Source: an uncultured archaeon
Lineage (GTDB): Archaea; Thermoproteota; Bathyarchaeia; Bathyarchaeales; Bathycorpusculaceae
DNA length: 64,000 bases
Direction of reading: 5' to 3'
NCBI GenBank assembly: GCA_963810275.1
Contig: CAWENF010000004.1
Coordinates: 40,906 to 104,905 of the forward strand
Shown here: positions 18,954-31,706 of the stretch, piece after piece
How the letters are laid out: every line of letters begins with the position of its first letter
How positions within the stretch are numbered: position 1 is the stretch's first letter
Made by a program: the position numbers and the translations under genes
Notes under the pieces: generated by a model
Databases searched by the model: none
Seen by the model: only the letters and a program-made list of their open reading frames with translations
Told to the model about the DNA's origin: nothing

Positions 18954-19505
18954 TTGTCGGCTTGGATCCAGAAGCGGGGCGTAATGGAACGTTACGACGC
19001 AACATCGGAGGGTTACGATGAGCTCTACGGGGCGGAGCAGAAACGAAAATTCCAAAAAGCCTTGGAGCATGCAGATGCGAAAGGCAAGGCGGTTCTGGAC
19101 GTGGGGTGTGGCAGCGGCTTGTTCTTCAGTAACGTAGCGGGGCAAGCCCAGTTGGTGGTTGGAGTCGACGTTTCTCGTGGTCTTCTAAAAAAAGCCAAAA
19201 TGCATAGTCGTGGCTTTGGCGATGTCGAAGTGATTTTGGCGGATGCTGATCATTTGCCATTCCGAGCTGAGTTTTTCGGCGCAGTTTTTGCTTTTACTGT
19301 TTTGCAGAATATGCCTAAACCCGAAGAAACATTGAGTGAGTTCAAGCGGGTTTCCTCAGTGGGGCGCCCAGTTGTAGTGACAGGCCTGAAAAAAGCGTTC
19401 GAACTGACAAAATTCATGGACATCCTCGAAACAAGCGGTATGAAGCTTGCAGCGTTTGTAGACGAGGACGCCATTAACTGTTATATCGCAACATTAACCG
19501 CTTAA
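18954..19505 (+). CDS. Class I SAM-dependent methyltransferase
   Basis: VLDVGCGSG, GVDVS and ADADHLPF motifs. Confidence 0.9.
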   Translation: MSAWIQKRGVMERYDATSEGYDELYGAEQKRKFQKALEHADAKGKAVLDVGCGSGLFFSNVAGQAQLVVGVDVSRGLLKKAKMHSRGFGDVEVILADADHLPFRAEFFGAVFAFTVLQNMPKPEETLSEFKRVSSVGRPVVVTGLKKAFELTKFMDILETSGMKLAAFVDEDAINCYIATLTA

Positions 19506-20777
19506 CAGCTGTACATCCGCCACTTGGCCTGTATCTGCCCAAACCCCCACAGCTGCCATGTTCAATCCGCCCGTGTAGTTTGTTTCCAAATTCATCAAAA
19601 TATACCAATATGGGACAAGCGCCACCGAGTACCCTCGCGGATGCGGCAGCATCTCAACCGAAACCGTGTCTGCTGCTGTGAAGCCGCTGATTTCCGTGCC
19701 GTTAAGTATCCAAATCAAGGTTTTAAGGTGGTCTTTTGCGATTTGGACGGCTTGGTTTTGCTCGACATTTGCTTCGGTGTTGGCTACTGTGAACAGAAAG
19801 TATCCGTCAGTTACTGCCGATAAGACGCTGTCATCAAATGTCATGCGGAGGCTTTTAGAGTTGAAGTCCACATCTTCTTTGGTGTACATCCATAGGAATT
19901 CTGCAGCAGTGCCTTGCAAGGTGATTTGCAGTTTCAGGTCTCCTGCGGTTACGGTTGTGAGTTCGCCGTCGGTGGCGTTTACCGTGTTAAGGAGGCTTAG
20001 CATTTCGGATAAATATTTGTCTCTGCTGTAGGCAATGTATCTGTCAAGGGCTGCTTTAGCGGCTTCTAACGTGTCACTGGGTGGATTTTCTGTTAACTGA
20101 GGGCTGGATTGGGCTGCGACAAGCTGGTATCGGCTGAGATGGTTCTCTCTGAAACGCAAACTAACATCCAAATTGCCATATGGGCTTACAAACGAGTACC
20201 TGAGCACCTCTTCGGCTACCTCAAAGTCGCCCCTATACTCCAACGTGTTGCTGAGGAGTGAAATCTTGTACTGGTTAGTATCAAGCAGCACTACGTCACG
20301 CAGCAGGTCGGCGATTTTGCCCGCGCCGATACCCCACGAAAGCAACTGTTGGTTCTCCGCTTCGACTCGTCTCTGTTCCTCACCCATCCTTGCCATCTCA
20401 CTGTACTGGTAGAAACCAAAACTTGACAGCAACAGCACAATAATCATAAGCGCTGCAAAGGCGGCTTTCCATTTGCGTGCCAGCTTTTTAGGGCGGCGCC
20501 TTTCCAATTCAGGCGCTTCCTGCACACCCTTCATGGCCTGCACGGTGGCTCTGCCAAAACTCGACAACATGTATTGCCCAATTTCTGTTTTCGTTAACAG
20601 TTCTCCGAGACTTTCAAGGTGGTATGTTAAGTGGCTACTGGATATTCCGAGTTGCTCAACGATTTCCATAAAAGTCATGGGTTTGTCGTTTAGCATGCGT
20701 AGGATGCGGCGGCGCACTGGGTGTTTCAGGGATTTGAACATGATGGAGTAGATTTCTTCTTCGTTGCTGTTACCCAT
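19494..20777 (-). CDS. Membrane-anchored regulator: N-terminal ArsR-like wHTH, one TM helix, extracytoplasmic domain
   Basis: FKSLKHPVRRRILRML...HLTYHLESL; TM helix AAFAALMIIVLLLSSFGFY; a polar C-terminal region of about 300 aa with a PepSY-like end. Confidence 0.8.
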   Translation of the reverse strand: MGNSNEEEIYSIMFKSLKHPVRRRILRMLNDKPMTFMEIVEQLGISSSHLTYHLESLGELLTKTEIGQYMLSSFGRATVQAMKGVQEAPELERRRPKKLARKWKAAFAALMIIVLLLSSFGFYQYSEMARMGEEQRRVEAENQQLLSWGIGAGKIADLLRDVVLLDTNQYKISLLSNTLEYRGDFEVAEEVLRYSFVSPYGNLDVSLRFRENHLSRYQLVAAQSSPQLTENPPSDTLEAAKAALDRYIAYSRDKYLSEMLSLLNTVNATDGELTTVTAGDLKLQITLQGTAAEFLWMYTKEDVDFNSKSLRMTFDDSVLSAVTDGYFLFTVANTEANVEQNQAVQIAKDHLKTLIWILNGTEISGFTAADTVSVEMLPHPRGYSVALVPYWYILMNLETNYTGGLNMAAVGVWADTGQVADVQLLSG

Positions 20778-21045
20778 GGCCCGATTCCGTTTTGTAATAT
20801 GGAGTTTGGGTGTATAAAATTTGCTAAAGAAACGATGCTTCGAAATCTATGTATTCAGATCCTTCTTGAGCTTTGGGGTAGTTAATTTGAGGTATGTAAC
20901 GCTCTATTGTATGTTAGCATCCGTTTTACGGGCTTTTTGGCGCTTGCTCCCCTGTTTGTTGTCCTTATTGTATTCTGAGGTTTCTGAGGTTTTTGGGTAG
21001 GATTCTGGAAAAGTTTAATATGGGCTAAACGCGAAGGGAACATAA

Positions 21046-21086
21046 GTCAAGTCCAAGTGACCATTGTGCAATGATTCGGGCTTGAC
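21046..21086 (+). promoter_or_regulatory. 5' leader hairpin
   Basis: GTCAAGTCC...GGGCTTGAC with an inner CATTG/CAATG, between a TATA (TTTAATA at about 21014) and the RBS/ATG at 21110. Confidence 0.4.
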
Positions 21087-21109
21087 CAAGAAAATGGGAG
21101 CTGGGGAAA

Positions 21110-21433
21110 ATGAACCTAAAGCTATACGCAATCAAAAACATTAGCTGCCCTCGACTTGAGCAAATTCAGCTTGTAGTAGTTGACCTAGACAAAAGCAAAC
21201 ATTACCCTCTCAACTTCGTCTGCGTGCTGCCAAGGTACTTCCGGATCTTGGAGAAACGTAGCAGCAAATTTGCCAAGCTATTCGGAGAAAGAAGCTTGCT
21301 AACCGCCAAAAAACTATTGGTGAATGCTCAGTCTGAAGAGGCAGACCCAGAAATCCAAACAGTGATACAACGTCGAATAAAAGACATAGACGCCAAAAAT
21401 AACACTGCACCAGCGCAATGTGCAATGCAGTAA
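21110..21433 (+). CDS. Hypothetical protein
   Basis: 107-aa ORF with host-like codon use, an upstream TATA and GGGAG, and a downstream hairpin. Confidence 0.7.
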   Translation: MNLKLYAIKNISCPRLEQIQLVVVDLDKSKHYPLNFVCVLPRYFRILEKRSSKFAKLFGERSLLTAKKLLVNAQSEEADPEIQTVIQRRIKDIDAKNNTAPAQCAMQ

Positions 21434-21454
21434 CCGTTTCTGAAGGTTAGTTTG

Positions 21455-21498
21455 CCTCTAAATCTTTGGGTTTAGAGGTTACTTCTAATTTTTTGTTT
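21455..21498 (+). terminator. Hairpin plus T-tract terminator
   Basis: CCTCTAAATC-TTTG-GGTTTAGAGG followed by TTTTTTGTTT. Confidence 0.5.
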
Positions 21499-21703
21499 GA
21501 AACAAAATCAGTTAGCTTATTCTCCTGCTTGGCACACGCAACATTAGTTACCGCAAACACCCGCTCACATTAGATACACATACCCGATTCCATCTGTATG
21601 TCAAGAAACGTTGACAAGGGCTAAGTCAAGAAATCTATACAAGAACACTTTATGGCCAAACCTAACCTAAGAGAAAAATGGTCCTTAACGCTCTTAGTGT
21701 GTG

Positions 21704-22912
21704 CTATTTGATTGAAAGAAGTAGGGAAATGAGATATTTGTTTTCAACTAAGCCGTAGCTGCCTTTCTTAGCTGACATCTCATCATATTTTTCCACTCCA
21801 TCAGGCTTCAAACCGGGTGCCGAAATTGCGAAAGGCACGGGATCGCGGCTGTGCGTGCGCAATTCGATGGGCGTAGAGTGATCTGGCAGCACGGCAATTG
21901 CGTAGGGTTCAGTCATGCCATCCATGATTCTGCCTATGCAGCGACGATCAAGGTCTTCGATTGTTTTGACTTTAAGCTTGACGTCGCCAACATGCCCTGC
22001 CTCATCAGGCGCCTCCACATGCACAAAAACCAAGTCCTTGGTTTTTAGCGCTTCTATGGCGGCGTCAGCTTTGCCCTCATAGTTAGTATCAAAAAGCCCT
22101 GTAGCGCCCTCGACTGTTATGATTTCCATACCCGCGTAGGAACCAATGCCCTTAACTAAGTCAACAGCGGAAATCACAGCGGATTCTACTCCGTACTTTT
22201 CTTTAATCGTGGGCATAGATGGTTTTTTACCACCTCCCCAAAACCAAATCAGATTCCCAGGATTTTTTGCTTCCATTTCTCGTGCAATGTTGACGGGGTG
22301 CTCACGTAAAATCTCACGTGAACCAACAATCATGTCTTGGAGCATTCTGGCATCTTTTTCCGCCCGTTCCGTAGTTGCCTTTGGTAAAACATCCGAAATT
22401 GGTAGACCTCTCGCGTCATGAGGTGGCACGCACTGGATCTCTTCAGGATGAGGGAAATCTCGCAGAATAAGGAAATGGCGGTAATCTAAACCTACGTAGA
22501 ACTCGATTTTGCCTTTATGGTGGTAGACTTTTTTTATGGCTGCTATGAGTTCGGCGGCTTCCTCGGTAGAGATGTGCCCAGCGGAGTAGTCTGCAATGGC
22601 TTGTTTTTCTTCAGTGATGAGGTTGCATCTGAACGCCGAATCGTTTGGACCCAAATCTATCCCCCGTGACGGCACTTCCAAGGGCCCGCGACCAGTGTTG
22701 TATATACGTGGGTCGTAGCCTAAAACTGAGCAGATGGCTGTGTCGGAGCCAGGTGTGCACTCGTCGGGCACGTTTCTGATTAGGCCGCTTCTGCCTTTGG
22801 CTGCGATGGCGTTCATGTTGGGTTTAGATGCTGCTTGGAGAGGCGTTTTATTATCTAACTCAGCTATAGGGTAGTCGGACATGCCGTCGCCAACCACTAG
22901 TATATATTTCAC
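21704..22912 (-). CDS. apgM: Cofactor-independent phosphoglycerate mutase (ApgM family)
   Basis: GDGMSD, PGSD, HVEAPDEAGH, DHSTP and H..DPVP motifs. Confidence 0.92.
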   Translation of the reverse strand: MKYILVVGDGMSDYPIAELDNKTPLQAASKPNMNAIAAKGRSGLIRNVPDECTPGSDTAICSVLGYDPRIYNTGRGPLEVPSRGIDLGPNDSAFRCNLITEEKQAIADYSAGHISTEEAAELIAAIKKVYHHKGKIEFYVGLDYRHFLILRDFPHPEEIQCVPPHDARGLPISDVLPKATTERAEKDARMLQDMIVGSREILREHPVNIAREMEAKNPGNLIWFWGGGKKPSMPTIKEKYGVESAVISAVDLVKGIGSYAGMEIITVEGATGLFDTNYEGKADAAIEALKTKDLVFVHVEAPDEAGHVGDVKLKVKTIEDLDRRCIGRIMDGMTEPYAIAVLPDHSTPIELRTHSRDPVPFAISAPGLKPDGVEKYDEMSAKKGSYGLVENKYLISLLLSIK

Positions 22913-23138
22913 TGCAATTCACCATTCGTGTTGTCAGATTAAGGCAGTCCCGTATTTATCTGCTATCCATCGCTCATACCCTACCATAAGTTTGGGCTGA
23001 CGACTACTTATGAGACTTCAGCAGTAGGTTGAATTTTGATTTGTAATTAGTAACTCTTTTTATGCTCGGTTTATCGTGTATTGCTTAATGAGTAATACTA
23101 AACTATAGACGTGAACTTTTGAGGGGAAAAAGAGTCCA

Positions 23139-25104
23139 ATGAACGAGCCGACAGAAAACTATGCAAACGCCATAGTCATTAGCGCAACAATAAAAGAAAC
23201 CGTCGACAAAACCGCCCTAATTGGACTTCTAAAAACCTACAATATAGACACCAAACCAGTAGAGAGCCCAGAAGTCTTCAGTCGGAGATGCAATCCCCAC
23301 CCTGCGGAAAGTCAAAACCGTCCTTCCCGAAGCCTTCTACAAAGACTTAGCCACAAAACTTGGTATGTCCTACATCAGCCAACAAGAAGTCAAAGACCTC
23401 TACCAACAAGAACAAAAAAGCAAACTCGTCTCCATCCTCCCATACCCCATAATTAGCAAATACAAAGTCATACCCATAGAGATAAGCGGTTCCAAGGTGG
23501 ATTTAGCCGTCGACAACCCCCTAGACCGCCGTGTCATAGTGACGCTTCAGTATCTTTTCAGCACATACCACATCAACCTACACGTTGCATCCACCAACGC
23601 CATCGATTGGGCAATAGATAACATATATAACAAAATCCACAAAAAAACCGCTATGCTTGACCTTTTCAACCGCTCCCCCGACCAGTCAGCTCACCGCGTG
23701 CTCTATCCTATCCAGAAATACTTCCTAATAGCAACTATCGCCGCCATAACAGTTGCAGCCATAGTAAACTCAGCAGTTACTTTAATGGCGCTCTTTGCAT
23801 TCATAAGCATCGGGTATTTCCTTGTCAACCCTATAAAAATCTACATTTCTGTTCGCGGATTTAAAGGTGGTAGGGCACCAACCCGCATCAACAAAGCAGA
23901 GTTGGAGTCGACGCAGGACGAAGACTTACCTGTTTACACGATCCTCATTCCTGTTTTCCAAGAAGCTGATATGTTAGCGCAAATCATGCGAAACATGTAC
24001 AAACTCAATTATCCAAAAAGCAAAATGGACATAAAAATTCTAATGGAAGAGTTCGACGAGGAAACAATCAACGAAGCCAAAGCCATAGGCCTGTTCGGAT
24101 TTCCCACAAAAAAAGTCGACGAAATACCTGAAGAAAAATATTTCGAATTTCTGGCACTTTTTGATCCAATAATCATTCCGAGCGCAAAGATAACAACTAA
24201 ACCGCGCGCCTGTAACTATGGTTTACTGCGTGCGAAAGGCGAGTTATGTGTCATCTACGACGCCGAAGATAACCCTGACCCTGACCAGCTAAAAAAAGCC
24301 GCCATAGTTTTCATGCGTTCTCCAGACGAGGTCGTCTGCCTTCAATCAAAACTAAACTTCTACAACGCCGACGAAAAGACCCTAAGCAAATGGTTTAGTA
24401 TCGAATACGCCAACTGGTACGAATTTTACCTCCAAGGTTTAGATTTACTTGACGTACCGATCCCCCTTGGCGGAACCAGCAATCACTTCCGTAAAAAAGG
24501 TCTTGACGAATTAGGTCGATGGGACCCCTACAATGTAACCGAAGACGCCGACTTAGGCATTCGACTAGCGCGTCGAAGACTAAAAACCGAAATGATTGAC
24601 AGCACGACCCTTGAGGAAGCCACCCTAACCCCTAAAGCTTGGGTGGTTCAACGGTCTCGTTGGTATAAGGGTCATGTGCAGACTTTTCTTGTTCACTTGC
24701 GTAGTCCGCGCAAACTTTACAAAGATTTAGGCGCCAAAAAATTTGCTAAACTACTATTGACCTTTGGAGCAGGCGTTTTTATCCCACTGATTAATCCTAT
24801 TTTATGGGTTATTCTGGCGGTATCGCTTATTTTGCCTGTCTTCAGTTGGCTTATACCAAGCTACCTTATCCCTCTAAGCGTTTTTAATTTAATTATAGGT
24901 AACCTCTCATACCTAGCAATCTACGTAGTTTCCTGTGTTAAACTCAAAAAATATCGCTACATTTCCTACGCGTTGATTATGCCACTTTATTGGGTGCTTA
25001 TGAGTTTTGCTGCTTGGCGTGGATTCCTGCAGTTGTTCATTAAGCCGTTTCACTGGGATAAAACTCAGCATGGTCTCTCCAAAGTCACCCAACCAACGAA
25101 ATAA
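23139..25104 (+). CDS. Family 2 processive glycosyltransferase with an N-terminal T2SSE_N/MshEN-like domain (probable +1 C error near 23267)
   Basis: DAED, TKPRACN, PLGGTSNHF, TEDADLG and QRSRW motifs. T2SSE_N-like VIPIE...LAVDNPLD. ORF 23139-23456 joins 23365-25104 if one C is removed. Confidence 0.88.
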
Positions 25105-25164
25105 GCCTTAGACGGGTTTATTTATCCCCAAATCTTTTAAGATTAAATCTCTCTAACGGATTCT

Positions 25165-25923
25165 ATGCAAAACATTAACCCGCTCTTTATGCTTCAACCC
25201 ATACTCGTCATCGCCTTCTCAGTTGCAATCATGGCTTACTGGCACCGAAAACGCCATTTCCACGCCAATGTCTGGCTTTACACTCTAATCGCTTATGGTG
25301 CAGCCATCGCCCTCAAATATGCCATCCAAATCCCCACCATTGACGCAGTTAACGCACTTGGTAACCCCTACGTGTTGGGCGCATACTATGGAGTTCAAAC
25401 CATGATTCTAGAAGTCGGTTTGGCATACGTTATTGCTCAATACGCATTCAACAAGGGCAAAATGGACCGCAGAGATGCTGAGGCTTATGGTTCAGGCCTA
25501 GCTTTCTGGGAAAATGTCGGATTAATAAGTGCACTTAGCCTTGTCAACCTTATGGCATACTACTTCATCCTATCTGGCACAGGATCCATCGCAGATTTAA
25601 CTTACAACCAGCTAATCACCAATGCTCCTGCGCTCTTCTCGTCAAACACAACAGCTCTTGGACTGGTGGCTTTGGGTTTGCTGGAACGATTTTCATCCGC
25701 TTTAATCCATATTGCGTGGGGATACCTCTGCGTTATGGCAGTGGTGCACAAAAACAAAAAGCTATTCCTTATTGCGTTGCCGATGGGCTTTGTTGATTTC
25801 TTAGTTCCCTTTGCAATCGGCTCGCTTGTGCTCTTTGAGGCGGTGATTTTCGCACTGGCAGCCCTGTCCGTGTTTGTAGCATGGTACGCAATCAAAAAAG
25901 TTGAGCAGAAACAGGCAGGTTAA
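25165..25923 (+). CDS. YhfC/PrsW-like intramembrane glutamic protease family protein
   Basis: Multiple TM helices with LEVG, GSGLAFWE and ERFSSALIH motifs. Confidence 0.7.
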   Translation: MQNINPLFMLQPILVIAFSVAIMAYWHRKRHFHANVWLYTLIAYGAAIALKYAIQIPTIDAVNALGNPYVLGAYYGVQTMILEVGLAYVIAQYAFNKGKMDRRDAEAYGSGLAFWENVGLISALSLVNLMAYYFILSGTGSIADLTYNQLITNAPALFSSNTTALGLVALGLLERFSSALIHIAWGYLCVMAVVHKNKKLFLIALPMGFVDFLVPFAIGSLVLFEAVIFALAALSVFVAWYAIKKVEQKQAG

Positions 25924-26120
25924 ACGCTGCCATCCCCAGCCTCTCCCCCAACACCCGTTGTTTAGCTTCTCGAAAATAGTATTCACAAATTCGCGAGTTA
26001 ACTTGTCGAGAAAGTATTATGTCGCTTGAGACAGCTGGAGAAAAAACCAGATAGTGCATGAATAGGGTGGGGTTAAACGCCAAGCAGATTATCCATGAGC
26101 GAAACGTGTACGCTACTCAG

Positions 26121-26190
26121 GCGCCCTTATGTTACTATCCAGCAATGGACCCGTGAAACAGGTAGTAACTGCATTGCGGCGCAGAAAACA
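26121..26190 (+). ncRNA. Candidate structured small RNA (H/ACA-like geometry)
   Basis: Lower stem GCGCC/GGCGC, an internal loop, upper stem GTTACTA/TAGTAAC, a TCCA-GCAA-TGGA GNRA hairpin, then AGA...ACA. Confidence 0.25.
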
Positions 26191-26310
26191 GACGCCAAGA
26201 ATCTTAATGTTGTCGAACTGCGGAAGTGCCTTAGCTAACTTAATTCCCTAATATAGCTATATAAAAAATTTTATATGTTAGGCTTCGCCTTCTTGCTTAA
26301 GAGTAGTTGA

Positions 26311-27295
26311 TTGTTTATGTCTGTTAAAATAACCTCAGATTATGTAGGGATGCTAAACAAAGCTGTTGAACGCGAAATCGGTGTTTCCCTTCAATATATT
26401 TTGCAGCACGCAAAAATGGAGAAACTGATGCGTAAAACGATACCAGAAAACATACTTTTAGATAAAACCACTTACGACGCTATAGGTAAAATGTTTGAAG
26501 AAATCTCAATTGCAGAGATGAAACACGCTGCAGACATAATGGAACGCATCTACTACCTTGGAGGAGAAGCCACAACTAAATCCAGTGAAATCACCGTCGG
26601 CAGCTCGATAAGCGAATTCGCCAAACTCGGCGTCAAGGCAGAAGAAGAAGCATTAACTCTTTATCGCGAAATCATTGTACAAGCAGGAAATATAGGCGAC
26701 TGGAATACTCGTGAACTTTTCGAACGAATTTACAAAGAGGAAGAAGACCACTTATTCAAATTCCAAGAGTATACTGCATTCCAAGACGAAAAAGACGAAC
26801 AAAGCACAGTAGCAATGCCTGAGTGGCGCAAAATCTACACTGAAGAATATTTTGCTTTGCTCAACAAGGCGGTTGCAGCCGAAATAACCGGCATCGTCCA
26901 GTACACTAACCAGCATGAGAAAGCAGCAGCACTTAAGCTACGCATGAAAGATTCCGCATTAGAAGCAGTGTCTGCACAAACAAAGCTGAAGTCGTCAGCA
27001 AACTCCTGAAAAGTGTGTTCATGCAGGAGATGGACCACCTGGAGAAAATCACCGAACGTATCTACCTACTCGAAGGAGAAGCAGTTGCCAAAGCAGACCC
27101 CTTGCCAGTTGTCGGCAACACAGCACAGGAATTTATTTGCTTGACCACAAGCTTGAGAGCGACACAATTTCGCTTTACCGTAAAATCATTGCTAAAGCCG
27201 TGGAGCTTGGGGACACAACGACCAAGACTATGTTTGAAAACATCATAATGCAAGAAGAAGAGCACTTCTGGTCATTTGACGACTACGTGAAGTAA
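26311..27295 (+). CDS. Tandem two-domain bacterioferritin/ferritin-like protein (two probable indel errors near 26974 and 27137)
   Basis: Two repeats: LNKAVEREI..QY..QH...EMKH...EEDH and LNKAVAAEI..QY..QH...EMDH...EEEH. The frames join with single-base corrections. Confidence 0.82.
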
Positions 27296-27538
27296 CTGCT
27301 TCACTTCTTTTATTTTTTAGAAAATAATTCTTTTTTAGCAGATTCTTTTGTTCTTTCACGCAACCTCCGTTCCAATATATGATAAACGTTCTTCATCATC
27401 AAAAATACATTTTTTTAAAAATAACCTATAAACCAAAAATTGCTGAAACCTTTTTCCGAAACCTATAATTTGCTTCAAATCAAACCTTACATGTAACAGA
27501 GCAAACAGCTTTGTCTATCAATTTTCAAAGTGACCTTT

Positions 27539-30426
<2,888 letters not shown>

Positions 30427-30545
30427 AGTCTTGTTGATGAAGAGTGAGAAGCTTCTCCTTTCTCCTCGATTTCTCCTTAATCTTTCTTCTCAAACACTTA
30501 ATCCCGATTCAGCTTATTAATCGCTGTTTCCATTTTCGATATATG

Positions 30546-30917
30546 TCACTGCTGGTCAGGCTCCAAATCCATATAGCACTGCTCGGTGAACCTTGGAGTG
30601 CAGACGCAATAAAATACTAGATCTGTGGTGCCAGTGTTGGTAATTTTTTGTGAAATCAGAGGGGGAATAACTACTACATCGCCCACCGTAACCTCTGCTG
30701 GCTCCAAGTCGCCGACTCTAACTATGGCTTGACCTTGGGTGATTATGTAGATTTCTTGTACGCCTTGTTTTAGTTGGTGGGCTTTAGTGGTGATTCCTGG
30801 TTTTATTGTTGCACGTGCAATTGATACTGCTGGGTCGCTGTGGTTTTCAGCTATATAGCATCTCTCAGGAGTTAGGTATTCGTTTGGGGTTTGGGCTTTG
30901 ATGATTTTTGGCTTCAT
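30546..30917 (-). CDS. Cupin domain protein
   Basis: TPERCYIAE, H.L....EIYII..G, and GDVVVIPP...QKITN. Confidence 0.88.
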   Translation of the reverse strand: MKPKIIKAQTPNEYLTPERCYIAENHSDPAVSIARATIKPGITTKAHQLKQGVQEIYIITQGQAIVRVGDLEPAEVTVGDVVVIPPLISQKITNTGTTDLVFYCVCTPRFTEQCYMDLEPDQQ

Positions 30918-31160
30918 TTTCTAGGTTTTCTCCAAGCGATTTTGGCTTGGGCGCCCATTTTTTGTTGTATTTAGGGGTGTTTTGGGTTTTTTAATTATAT
31001 TGTTTGCGCAAGCCTTAACCAATGTATTTATTTACGTAGAAATCGGGTTTTTTGGCGAAAAAGAGCTGTTTTGCTTGTTTTGTTGTCGGTGTTTTTGTGT
31101 ATTTTGCTTGAAGTTGCTTAAGGGATTGATGGGGAATTTGTAGTTTATATGTAAAAATAA

Positions 31161-31217
31161 CTTATATAGGCGCTAAGGGTAGTGTATTCTTGAGCTTGTT
31201 GGCACTACGTCTAAGGA
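31161..31217 (+). promoter_or_regulatory. TATA box plus tandem NrdR boxes
   Basis: CTTATATA (31161-68), then GCGCTAAGGGTAGTGT (31170-85) and GCACTACGTCTAAGGA (31202-17), 32 bp start to start, resembling the NrdR-box palindrome. Confidence 0.6.
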
Positions 31218-31238
31218 ATAGCGAGCATGTATTAACAT

Positions 31239-31706
31239 ATGAGATGTCCATACTGCAACTCAGAAAACTCAAAAACACTTGAAACACGCGACTCCCCAGA
31301 GAACACTACACGCAGACGAAAAGAATGCGTCAACTGCGGCAAACGTTACACCACCTACGAATATCTGGAAACCGTTGAGCTCGTGGTACGTAAAAAAGAT
31401 GGCGACCTCCAACGGTTTGACGTCAACAAAATCATAGGCGGACTGCAGAAAGCCTGTGAGAAACGCCCCGTAACCATGAGCCAAATCAACGAGTTAGCAG
31501 ACAAAGTCCGCCAAGACTTGATGAATAAAGGAACTGAGGAAGTCGCATCCGCAGAAATCGGCGATTTAATAATGAAGTACCTCAAAAAAGTGGATCGGAT
31601 CGCCTACATTCGTTTCGCTTCGGTTTACAAGCAATTTGAAGAGCCTGAAGATTTCAGGCGATTAATCTCGGAAGTGAAGAAAAATGAAGTTCGTACTAAA
31701 ACGTGA
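31239..31706 (+). CDS. nrdR: Transcriptional repressor NrdR
   Basis: MRCPYC...RRRKECVNCGKRYTTYE Zn ribbon, ATP cone, and AYIRFASVY. Confidence 0.96.
   Translation: MRCPYCNSENSKTLETRDSPENTTRRRKECVNCGKRYTTYEYLETVELVVRKKDGDLQRFDVNKIIGGLQKACEKRPVTMSQINELADKVRQDLMNKGTEEVASAEIGDLIMKYLKKVDRIAYIRFASVYKQFEEPEDFRRLISEVKKNEVRTKT

Noticed and set aside
21599-21634. Palindrome TGTCAA-N6-TTGACA and a GTCAAGAAA direct repeat
   Set aside because: It is short and lies between convergent gene ends, so an operator role is unlikely and chance is plausible.
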